NCBI RefSeq assembly: GCF_030028105.1
Contig: NC_092395.1
Location: 44,110,459-44,174,458 of the forward strand
DNA from: Mobula birostris
Lineage: Eukaryota
Direction of reading: 5' to 3'
Length of the DNA: 64,000 bases
Under the pieces are notes generated by a model. The model was given only the letters and a program-made list of their open reading frames with translations. It was not told the DNA's origin and ran no database searches. Below, in pieces: positions 36,351 to 46,672 of the stretch (the stretch's first letter is position 1; each line of letters begins with the position of its first letter). The position numbers and the translations under genes are program-made.

Positions 36351-36681
36351 TCGGGGGAGAGCCAATCCTCCCCACTCCGACCTCCTACCCTGTTCGCTTA
36401 CAAGTCTCTTTTTCTCACCTCAACAATTCCGTCCACCCCCGGGGCTGTCTGTTTTTCTGTCGGTGTCTCTCACTCTCTTCCTCTCTCCACTGCCCCCTTA
36501 TTCCCTTCTCCGCCAACGGCAAGACTGTAGGATTACTCACCTTATTTGAACTCACGGACGACATTGTTCGGTGCCGTTCAACCCGCGCGAGTCTCCTCCC
36601 TCCTCCCACACAAATGAGAATGGGAACCGCATAAAAGAGAAAAAAAACTGATACATGGAAATCATTCCTGCACTGAACACC

Positions 36682-36687
36682 TTTATT
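36682..36687 (-). terminator. polyA signal, IgL cluster 1
   Basis: AATAAA on the minus strand, about 350 nt after the ancestral stop; conserved in three paralogs. Confidence 0.85.
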
Positions 36688-37034
36688 AGTAGTTTATGGC
36701 GGTTGCCATCTGTCAGTCTGATACTGCTGAGAAATCATCAATAGACTCATTAAGAACTTCAGTTAGATCCATCCCTGGAAACAGAGAAAACAATTCACTC
36801 GTTCATATTTCTAATGCTGACAAGTAACAGACCACTTTTACCCCACGTAGCTTCCCGGTGGGTGAAACGAAACAAAATCAGCCTCGGGTGCAAATATTCT
36901 CACAACACAATGGTAACCACAGAGAGCTGATCAGAGTTTGGTGTGCAGTGAAGAGAGTGGTAGAGGGTGAAAAATGCAAGAAAAACAGTTGACTCCTGCA
37001 GTTCGGAGCAAACAAATACGAAACCGCGCTCTGT

Positions 37035-37356
37035 TTAACAGTCGGATTGTCCGTCTGTGCGGATGTTGCCGAGGCTGCTCCTAGTTCAACCACGCAGGAG
37101 TATATTTTGCTACTGCTCCAGTCTGTGCCGGGAAACGTCAGGTAGCTGCTGAGACTGAAAGTGCTGTCTGTGTCCCGCCTCACTGCGCTGGTTCTCACCT
37201 CACGGCTGATCGGACTCCCATCCACTGTCCAGCTGACGACAGGGAAGCCCACCGACAGTTTACTAACCAGGCAAACTAAGGTGCCGGTTCCCTTAGCGGA
37301 GATCTCCTCGGCAGACGACTCAAGCAGCTTTATTAAAAAGTCCGGGAGCTGCTGAT
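37035..37356 (-). pseudogene. Ig light-chain C exon, cluster 1 (1-nt deletion near the end)
   Basis: Acceptor ccgatccAG (37358-37357). DQQLPDFLIKLL..TLVCLV..VSWTVDG..YSCVV keeps both Cys and the Trp. A GCA-ACA to GCA-CA deletion removes the terminal Cys and the stop (ancestral TAA 37035-37037); read-through runs to 36878. Confidence 0.95.
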
Positions 37357-38545
37357 CTGGATCGGGAACACGAGGAGACATGTTTCTGATCAAGGATGAT
37401 TTATCGACATTTTACAACTGGATGGAAGCACGAATGAAAGGTTTCGTCTTCCCATAGTGGGGCCCAGGGTTTCACTAAGGAACAGGACAGTGCTCACGGA
37501 GAGCAGTGCATTTTAGTCAACACTGAAAGACTGGACCTTTGCGGTCAATCCGTGTTTGAGGACTTTCCTGTTGAGACGCAGGATTACAGCATCGCCCGCA
37601 AGTGACCACCGCAGCTCCCGGGATCTACTCGGACCTGTGTTACCAGTGACACATACCCATCCACTCATCACTAATGAGCCCCTTCCTACCTGTGACACCC
37701 ACAGCTGTAGCGAGAAAATATCTCATAGCCTGCGTTTACCGAATGCGTACGGCGAAACCTGCGCGGTCCTGAGTTTCAAAGAGCTGGTTTAGGAAAGTCA
37801 CCCTGTGATCTGTGACGATGTAGAAGGAAGGTGGATTTCTCCACACACCCGAAACTCCGGACTTAGTTGGTGCACCGACCGAAATCACTGAGGGTCCGTA
37901 CCCCAAAACGAGCAGCGCTCGTGAAAACATGGCAGGAGAGAGGAGGCGAGGACTAGATAATTGGTTGGGTGTGTCCAAGAGTGTTTCAACAGACGCTGAG
38001 AAATGGAAGTTCAGTGAAAATACGACGGAGGTTTCACTGGAGCATCCTTATACAACAACATGAAACTTGTCGTTCTGTTGTCTTGACAACGCTGGACTAC
38101 ATCAAGTCCACAGTGATACCTCGGCTACAACATGACAAAGTGATACCTGGACCGCATTTTGGGAAGCTGGAACTCCTCACGCAGGCTTCTGACAAACCAG
38201 AGCAAAATCGGCCAGACTACTGCGACTGCAACCGCGCAGAGAGTTGGGCGGTCAATTTCAGAAACGAAATATTAAAGTGCAGATGCCTGGGACACAACAT
38301 ACGGCACCAGAGAGAAAACACAAGCGAAAAGAGTTGTTTTTGTTTAAAGACGATAATAGTTCACAACACAACTCTATCCTCACTGAACACATCTCTGTAT
38401 ACATTCGATACGGACCACGGATTGGATGGTAAATTTGTGTTTTCATTTTAAATTAGCCAAGAAATAGTAATGTAAATATCGTCAAATGTCAGGTGACCGT
38501 ATTCAGGCAGCTACTAATTACAGGAGGGATTTCCCTGTCACTTAC

Positions 38546-38810
38546 CTGTAACAAAGAGTTTGGTCCATGCACCGAACAAGTAATAATTGTCCGATGAATC
38601 CCGCTTTCCGTAGTAATAGATGGCAGCGTCATTCATCTCCACGTTTTTTTATGATTAACTGGTAAACGGTGCCGCCGCTGTTGGATGTCGACGTGAAACG
38701 GTCGCTGCTAAACCCAGACGGTAGGCCGACGCGCTGTACGAGTGATCGTAGTACAGGATCCATTGTGGGGTTGTTCCCAGTGTTTGCTTGCACCAGTTAA
38801 CAACATAGCT
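38546..38810 (-). pseudogene. Germline-joined VJ exon, cluster 1; 5'-truncated and inactivated
   Basis: SYVVNWCKQTLGTTPQWILYYDHSY..DRFTSTSNSGGTVYQLII..DAAIYYYGKRDSSDNYYLFGAWTKLFVT then GTAAGT donor. -1 and +1 frameshifts, Cys104 to Tyr; FR1, leader and promoter are absent. Confidence 0.95.
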
Positions 38811-39759
38811 TAGAGATTGGGACCCCCACCTGTCGCGCTGAACCTAAATCTGACAAGTCACCCGCTGAACCGAGTCAACAAATACACGCATGTGAAACTC
38901 CTTTTGATTGTATATCAGACAAGTGGGTAACTGCAACACGGAGGAAATACTTATGGGAGAAGCCCCAGGGAAGAGTCATCACTGGTCAATGGAGCTGATG
39001 GTGCTGAACTCCTCAGGGAATGAGGAAAAGTTGGACCACGCAAAGAATAAAACTGCATGGTTTAACTCTGGACAGATGTGTAAAGTGAGAAATATTAAGT
39101 TATTCCATACAGTGATATATAACAGAGTTTAGCTGTTATTGGAAGCTGTTTTCTGTATCATTTAATTAGCGCTAAAGGTTAAATCGGAGCTTTTCCCTTG
39201 AACAACTGTCATGAAGCCAGATTTTGGGTCAGACATCACGGTGTGTCGAAACCACAGTGTAGCCGTGTCCTGGGGTCAATTGTTGGATCTAAACAAGGTG
39301 CTGAATGGAACGGCAGCAAAACTTGCTGTTGCTAACCCGAAAGATAAATTTCTTTCATGTACAGATTTTGGTGCAATTCCATTTGAACTTCCAGGAAGTA
39401 GTGTCGAGAGAGTGTGCGATTTCCAGTTTTATATGTTGTGTTGTTCTGTATACTCAGCTGTCAGATGTTTACCTCGTGTTTTACAGGTCCATCTGAGAGG
39501 GAAACGACTGAATAAATGACGCATATTTTATGCTTCCTGTGATCATACACAAAATAATTAGTACACTTCTTTTTCAAAAGAAGTCTTATTTAAATAAACT
39601 CACACTTCATGTCTTTATGAACCTCCGGGTTCACATTTTTTTTTAGCTACTGTGAACTGGTCTATTGATATTCCGTCATCCTGGCATACAAGCAAACAAA
39701 GATGCTGTCCTGACTCAAGCGGTATGTACACAGGGAAATAAACTGTTAGTGTTACTGGC

Positions 39760-40760
39760 CGCTTATTCTAGCAGCCAGAATAAGAAAATTGGGGTGGGCA
39801 GGTTGTGGGGAGTACAGGCCGGCAGGTGATAAGTGAGACCAGGTGAGGTGGTTAGTCGGATGGGTAGATGATACAAGAAGCTACCAGTTGATAGGTGGAA
39901 TAGGCAAATGGCTGAAAAATAGAAATATAATAGGAGACGACAGAGAACCAAGGAACAAAGAGCGGGATGGGGTGGGGGGATCACAGAAGGAGATGGTGGT
40001 CATGAGGCGGAGAAGGTGAAGATAAAAAAAAAAGTGAGAATGTAATCTGAGCAGGAACGGCAAAAAGAGAAGGGGAGGGAAAAGGAAGGGTTGGAAACTA
40101 CTGGAAGTTAGCGAAATTGATATTCATGCTATCATGTTGGAGGCTTTCCAGACGGAATATGAAGCGTTGCTCCTCCACTTGATAGCAAGAATCATCATGG
40201 CAGCAGAGAAACTGGTTTCGAATAGATGGCTACAGAGAGATCCTGGCTTTTCAAGAGAGTAGAGTGAAGATGACTGACGAAGCAGACCGCAGCGTATTTC
40301 TCGCCAATATAGAGAAGGCCGCATCGAGAGCACCAATACAGTGGATGATCCATGCAGACTTGTAGGTGAAGCAGTCCCTCACTTTGAAGGACTGCTTGAG
40401 GCCCTGAATGGTGATGATGGAGGGGTAGCACGTGACAGTGGTAGGGATAAGTGCGAAGTGGAAGACCAGTGGGGAGCGATGACTGGACAAGAGAATAATG
40501 TAGGAGCAATCTTTATGGAAATGAGTGAGATGAATCTGGTGATGGGATCTCGAACGAGATGCCAGATTTGTGAAGAATTATATGCTGGATATTGAGGCCA
40601 ATGTATTGGTAGGGAATGATCTATCCCTGTTACAATGGCTGTAAGATGGGAAAAGGGCAGATGTGTGGGAAATGGAGGAGATGTGGGTGAGGGCAGCATC
40701 AATGATGAAAGAGAACCCTTGTTTTTATATAAATAAAAGAAGACATCTCACGTGTTCTAG
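39760..40760 (-). mobile_element. Penelope-like GIY-YIG fragment
   Basis: ORF 40195-40509 WCSRCGLLYIGE; ORF 40251-40490 IQGLKQSFKVRDCFT. Confidence 0.85.
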
Positions 40761-41509
40761 AATAGAACATACATGGCATGGATATAGGAACAGAGAAAAT
40801 GAAATAGCAATTTTGCATGTATAAGGATAAGAAAACTTCTGTTCAAGGTAACTGAAACTTGGTGGGCATTTAAAAATGTCAATAAATGTCTCTGGAGGTG
40901 TGGTGTTATGTGAGTTGTTCAATATTTCCAGCAGCTGCTGCTTCTGCTGTGTCACTGAATGTGCTAGTGGGTAGTTTATCAGCTTTTACCCTAACATATT
41001 GCCACCAAGATTTGTGTGAATTGTAAAGTGGTCAGTACAGACGAGGTGGAGTGTGAACAGTAAAATTCTGGTGTAATGTGGATTATACTCAAATGGTGAA
41101 TTCCCACTGAATGGCCGGTACTGACAGCACTTCTCTCGTTGCTAAATATAAAGAGCTCTGGTAAAGTGGGATTGTTTCCTGGAGCTCTGTCTCCTAGGAA
41201 ATGCACCATGACCCAGAGGTGACCAACATCACAGTTCCCATTTATCTTCATGGACGGGAGCTCACCACTCAACTGGCAACATTGTGCTTACATCGACGGA
41301 CTGGAGCCACAACATATGTGACCAAAGGGTGCCACTGGTGCCAGGTCTTTTCTCACTATTCAGTTGTTGCTATATTATCGTGTTGCTGGGGGAAAACTAG
41401 CATTTTTCCAGCGTGTGTGTATATATATTGATATATGTTGGAAACGTTTCGTGAAATCCACGCAAATATTAAAGAAAACCTACATTTAAGATTCCAGTAT
41501 GAAACATAG

Positions 41510-42905
41510 AACATAGTAAAACATAGAATAGTACGGCACAGTACAGGCCCTTTGGCCCACAATGTTGTTCTGACACTCAAATCCTGCCACCCATATAATC
41601 CCCCAATTTAAATTCCTTCATATACCTCTCTAGCAGTCTCTTAAACTTCACTAGTGTATCTGCCTTCACCACTGACTCAGGCAGTGCATTCCACGCACCA
41701 ACCACTCTCTGAGTAAAAAAATCTTCCTCTAATATCCCTCTTGAACTTCCCACCCCTTACCTTAAAGCCATGTCCTCTTGTATTGAGCAGTGGTGCCCTG
41801 GGGAAGAGGCGCTGGCTATCCACTCTGTCTATTCCTCTTAATACCTTGTATACCTCTATCACGTCTCCTCTCATCCTCCTTCTCTCCAAAGAGTAAGGCC
41901 CTAGATCCCTTACTCTCTGATCATAATACATACTCTCTAAACCAGGCAGCATCCTGATAAATCTCCTCTGTACCCTTTCCAATGCTTCCACATCCTTCCT
42001 ACAGTGAGGCGACCAGAACTGGACACAGTACTCCAAGTGTGGCCTAACCAGAGATTTATAGAGCTGCATCATTACCTCGCGACTCCTAAACTCTATCCCT
42101 CGACTGATGAAAGCTAACACCCCATAAGCATTTTTAACTACACTATCTACCTGTTAGGCCACTTTCAGGGATCTGTGGACATAAGACCGAAAGACCGAAA
42201 GACCGAAAGACAAAGGAGCAGAAGTCGGCCATTCGGCCCATCAAGTCTGCTCCGCCATTTTATCATGAGCTGATCCATTCTTCCATTTAGTCCCACTGCC
42301 CCGCCTGCTCACCATAACCTTTGATGCCCTGGCTACTCAGATACCTATCAATCTCTGCCTTAAATACACCCAATGACTTGGCCTCCACTGCTGCCCGTGG
42401 CAACAAATTCCATAGATTCACCACCCTCTGACTAAAAAACTTTCTTCGCATTTCTGTTCTGAATGTACCTCCAGATCCCTCTGCTCCTCCACACTACCAA
42501 GTATCCTGCCATTTACTTTGTAATCTGCCTTGGAGTTTGTCCTTCCAAAGTGTACCACCTCACACTTCTCCGGGTTGAAATCCATCTGCCTCTTCTCAGC
42601 CCACTTCTGCATCCTATCAATGTCTCTCTGCAATCTTCGACAATCATCTACACTATCTACAACACCACCAACCTTTGTGCCATCTGCAAACTTGCCAACC
42701 CTCATTTCCACCCCCAACCCCCCCCTCCCCCACCATCCAAGTCGTTAATAAAAATCACGAAAAGTAGAGGTCCCAGAACAGATCCTTGTGGGACACCACT
42801 AGTCACAACCCTCCAATCCGAATGTACCCCCTACACCACGACCCTCTGCCTTCTTCAGGCAAGACAACTCTGAATCCACCTGGCCAAACTTCCCTGGATC
42901 CGTTG
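41510..42905 (-). mobile_element. CR1 3' fragment with a second CR1 3' end nested at about 42182-42455
   Basis: ORFs 41677-42120 and 42418-42717; nested tail (AAGACCGA)n at about 42182. Confidence 0.92.
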
Positions 42906-43241
42906 ACTTCGTGGTGGAAGCAAGGAACCTGGATATTTTAAAAGAGCAGATAATATAGGAGCAGGGGGGGACAGATGCTGACAAGATCTGGGTTACATTT
43001 CCTCCTGAGGGACGCAGTTTCAGAGTAATTAGTAATGTCGGAGCTGGGGAAGGTTTTTCATTCTCAGGGGCTGAATCATTGGTATTCTCCACCCTATATG
43101 GAGACTACCGCACTGAGTACATTCGGCTGAGATAGATTGACGTTGGTCTCTCTCAGTGGAGTCGTGTATGCACGGGATAACACTTTTCTTTACCCTCAAT
43201 CCCCACCATCTTTATGTACTGATGTTTTCCCCCTTCCTTTC

Positions 43242-43278
43242 CAGTTCTGATGAAGTGTCCGGCCGGAAACATCGACTG
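43242..43278 (+). ncRNA. Minimal hammerhead motif, partly decayed, in a Penelope pLTR
   Basis: CAGTT-CTGATGA-agtgtccggccg-GAAAC-ATC-GACTG; stem I intact, stem II weak. Confidence 0.5.
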
Positions 43279-43359
43279 ATAATTCTTTTTCATATTCATG
43301 CTGTCTGGCCTGCTGGAGTTCCTCCCACCTTTGTGCATATGGATCAAATAAACACATTC

Positions 43360-44045
43360 CTCTGTTATCGAGGGCGTTATGAGACCCGACCTCCAGATGA
43401 TGACGTGGGTGCTCACCAAGGTCTCCGCTAACAAAGCGTCGAGGGAAAGGCAAATCTCAATTATAAAGCGGAAGTGGTACATTGTAGAAACAATAAGTGA
43501 GGACTTGGAGGGTGTCAACATGTAGCATGCCCGTGGGTGGATGTACGGAAACTATCGAACCTCCCGTCCCAGTGACACCCTCCCTCCCCGACCTCACACC
43601 ACCGATTATATATGGGGATTGCCGTATTAGGAAACACGATATCTGGTTTACGGAAGTTTCCAACCCTGTACGCCCCGGAAAGCCGGCCTACTTAAGTGGA
43701 AACTTACTGGGGCATAGGCCGCTGACAGCAATTGGCACCATGTCCAATCCTCCTTTCCCTGACCTGTCTGGGAGCGTCCATGGAGGCGTTACAGGAGTGG
43801 AAAGTCGGTGCATTTCGCTCAGCCACAGGAACATCTTTTCAGCACAGGGTCAAAAGGAGAGCTTTCAGGTGAAACTAGCTGCCCATATTAGGAAGAAACC
43901 GGCCTGCTCAGACACGGCAGATTGATTCCATCAAAACCCCGCCACGGCAGCAACGATTTAAACATTTGCACAGTGTGCTTGACGCATATTGGAGTCGTAT
44001 AATAACTATTCCCTGTATATAGGCGGTTCAAGATCATACTCCAAC
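43360..44045 (+). mobile_element. Class III (ERV-L-like) pol fossil, paralog of 34240-34850
   Basis: 43379-43525 reads MRPDLQMMTWVLTKVSANKASRERQISIIKRKWYIVETISEDLEGVNM*; then DIWFTEVS; RQIDSIKTPPRQQRFKHLHSVLDAYWSRIITIPC. Confidence 0.88.
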
Positions 44046-44337
44046 CGCATGCACTTCTTCGCTTATGGGTATCTTTTTCTCACCTCATCAATTCTGTCCA
44101 CCCCAGGTCTGTCTGTTTGTCTGTCTCTCTGCCTCTTCCTCTCTCCACCGCCCCACTTTCCCTCCGCCACCAACTGCAAGACTGCAGGATTTTTCACCTT
44201 ATTTGAACTCCCGGGCGACATTGGTCGGCGCCGTCTCGCCCGCGCGAGTTACCTCCCTCCTCCCACCCGAATGAGAATGGGAAGTGCATACAAGAGAACA
44301 AGACTCACACACGGAAATCATTCCTGCACTGAACAGA

Positions 44338-44343
44338 TTTATT
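44338..44343 (-). terminator. polyA signal, IgL cluster 2
   Basis: AATAAA on the minus strand, about 345 nt after the stop. Confidence 0.85.
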
Positions 44344-44688
44344 AGCAGTTTGTGGCAGTTACCAGCTGTCAGTCTGATACTGATGAGAAATCATTAGCAC
44401 ATAGATTAATAACTTTAATTAGATCCATCCCAGGTCACAGATAAAAACAATTCACCAGCTGATATTTCTAATGATGACAAGAAACAGGACATTTTTACCC
44501 TACGTAACTTCTCGGCGAATGAAACAGAACAAAATCAGTCTCGGGTGCAAATATTCTAACAACACAATGGAAACCACAGAGCTCTGATCAGAGTTCGGAG
44601 TACAGTGAAGGGAGTGATAGAGGGGGTGAAAATGCAAAAAAAAAATCTCCTGTTGTTCGGAGCAAACAAGTACGAAACCGCGTTCTGT

Positions 44689-45012
44689 TTAGCAGCTGGA
44701 CTGTGTGACTGTTGCGGATGTTGACGAAGCTGCTCCTTGGTTAACCACGCAGGAGTACCTCTTCCCACTGCTCCAGTCTGTGCCGGGCACCGTCAGGTAG
44801 CTGCTGAGACTGAAAGTGCTGTCCGTGTCCCGCCTCACCGCGCTGGTTTTCACCTCACGGCTGGTCAGACTCCCGTCCACTGTCCAGCTGACGATAGGAA
44901 AGCCCACCGACAGCTTACTGACCAGGCAAACTAAGGTGCCGGTTCCTTTAGCGGAGATCTCCTCGGAAGGCGGCCCAAGCAGTTTTACTGAAGGGTCGGG
45001 GGAGCTGCTGAT
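44689..45012 (-). CDS. Ig light-chain constant exon, cluster 2 (one extra C near the 5' end as given)
   Basis: Acceptor ccgatccAG (45014-45013). PDPSVKLLGPPSEEISAKGTGTLVCLVSKLSVGFPIVSWTVDG..SYLTVPGTDWSSGKRYSCVVNQG..TQSSC* has all C1 hallmarks and the terminal Cys. The C5 run puts it out of frame with J. Confidence 0.95.
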   Translation of the reverse strand: MSSSPDPSVKLLGPPSEEISAKGTGTLVCLVSKLSVGFPIVSWTVDGSLTSREVKTSAVRRDTDSTFSLSSYLTVPGTDWSSGKRYSCVVNQGAASSTSATVTQSSC

Positions 45013-46044
45013 CTGGATCGGGAACAAGAGGAGACAAGTTTCAGGTCACTGAATATCTCGCGATATTTCACAGTTGGCTGGAAGCGCGAATGTGAAGTTC
45101 CAGCTTTCAAGAATGGGGCCCAGGGTTTCGCTGGGGTGCGCGTCAGTGCCGATGGAGGGCAGTGCATTTTAGTCAATACTGAAGAACTGGACATTTGCGG
45201 TCAAATCGCCATTTGAGGATTTTCCTGTAGAGTAGCTGGATTACAGCATCACCAGCTCGGTGACATCACCTCCAGCTCTTGGGACCTACCTTAGCCTGTG
45301 CCAACAATGCACGTTCCTTCCCTTTGCTCCATCCACTCAACACCAACGCGCCGCCTCCCACCCGTGTCACCCAGAGCTGTAATGGGAGTAAACCCATTTC
45401 TGCGCTTACCCAGAGTGCAGGGCAACATGTGCGTGGTCCGGAGTTTCACAGAGCTGGTTTAGGGAAGTCACACTGTGACGATGCGGAAGCATTTACTGTG
45501 GGTGAAGGAAGGTGGGATTCTCCCCAGACCCGAAGCTCTGGCCTTAGTCTGTGTAGCGACCGGAATCACTGAGCGGACACGCACCAAAAGGAGCAGTGCT
45601 CAAGTGAAAAGGTTGAAGGAGAGAGGAGGCAATTGGAGGGTGTCTGTAGGACTGTTCTACCCGGACCCGGAAAAATGGAAGTTCAGTGAAAGTACGAGGG
45701 AGGTTTCGCTAGAGCATCCTCATACAATAACTTTCAACTTTTAGTTCTGTTGCCTTGATAACCGTGGGCTACATCATGTCCCTGGTGATACCTCGGGCCG
45801 CATTCCGAGAAGCTGGAACTCCTCATGCTGGCTTCCAACAAACCAAAGCAAAAGCGGCCAAACTGATAGGATTGGACTCGCGCAAATATTGAGTTGGGCG
45901 TTCAATTTCAGAAACGATACGTGGCACGACTGGATGGTAAATCGGCGTTTTCATTATCAAATTCGCCAAGAAATAATAATGTATAAATTATTAATTACCA
46001 GGTGACCATATTCATGCAGCTAGAGGGTTTTCCCAGACACTTAC

Positions 46045-46401
46045 CTGTAACAAAGAGCTTGGTCGCTGGGCCGAACAAGTAATAGCTGCCCGTTGTATCC
46101 CACTTTCCGCAGTAATAGACGGCTGCGTCGTTCAGCTCCACTTTTTTTATGATTAACTGGTAAACGGTACCGGCGCTGTTGACTGTCGACGTGAAACGGT
46201 CGCTGCTAAACCCAGGCCCGTAGGTCGGGGAGCTGTCCGAGTGATAATAGTACAGGATCCATTGTGGAACTGTTCCCGGTGTCTGCTTGTGCCAGCTAAC
46301 AGGATAGCTAGCCTTTGTTCCGATGTTACATTCCAACGTGGCCGTGCCTCCTGGACTCAGCGACACAGTCGGAGGCTGAGTCGGAGACTGGGATTCTCCA
46401 G
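46045..46401 (-). CDS. Germline-joined VJ exon, Ig light chain, sigma/sigma-cart type (long CDR2)
   Basis: Acceptor tttttacAG (46403-46402), then an open frame GESQSPTQPPTVSLSPGGTATLEC..VSWHKQTPG..YYYHSDSSPTYGPGFSSDRFTS..DAAVYYCGKWDTTGSYYLFGPATKLFVT, donor GTAAGT at 46044. No RSS between V and J. Confidence 0.97.
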
Positions 46402-46503
46402 CTGTAAAAACAGGAATACAACTTTAACCATTGACTCTTTAACGTGACCCCTAAAGCCCACATCAACAACCGCTGACGGAGCAGCCATACCGCCTGTACT
46501 TAC

Positions 46504-46552
46504 AGCCCAGCCACATTGCCAGAGACCAGAAAAAGCACAACGTCCGTATCAT
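46504..46552 (-). CDS. Ig leader exon
   Basis: ATG at 46552, MIRTLCFFWSLAMWLG plus 1 nt, donor GTAAGT at 46503; phase 1 matches the V exon. Confidence 0.95.
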
Positions 46553-46630
46553 TGCTGTCCGTCAGCTTCCTACGTCCCTTCAGCCGATGGATCTGTGACA
46601 GACTGTGGCCGCCGTCTCCGATGTACCCAG

Positions 46631-46672
46631 TTATAGAGCCATTCATACCGGGGAGGAAACCCATGCAAATCA
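46631..46672 (-). promoter_or_regulatory. Ig light-chain promoter: octamer/decamer and TATA
   Basis: TGATTTGCAT (octamer at 46663-46670 in light-chain orientation); TATAA at 46635-46631, about 80 nt upstream of the ATG. Confidence 0.92.

Noticed and set aside
38546-38810. Adjacent 2-3 nt substitutions between the two VJ paralogs as a trace of shark-type tandem hypermutation
   Set aside because: At about 15% divergence over about 265 nt, roughly 6 adjacent pairs are expected by chance, close to what I count
39253-39259. CACAGTG heptamer as a possible RSS
   Set aside because: No nonamer at 12 or 23 bp and no adjacent V or J coding end
39470-39520. Acceptor-like tgttttacAG followed by AATAAA as a terminal exon
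   Set aside because: No upstream exon or recognisable product; such motifs are common by chance
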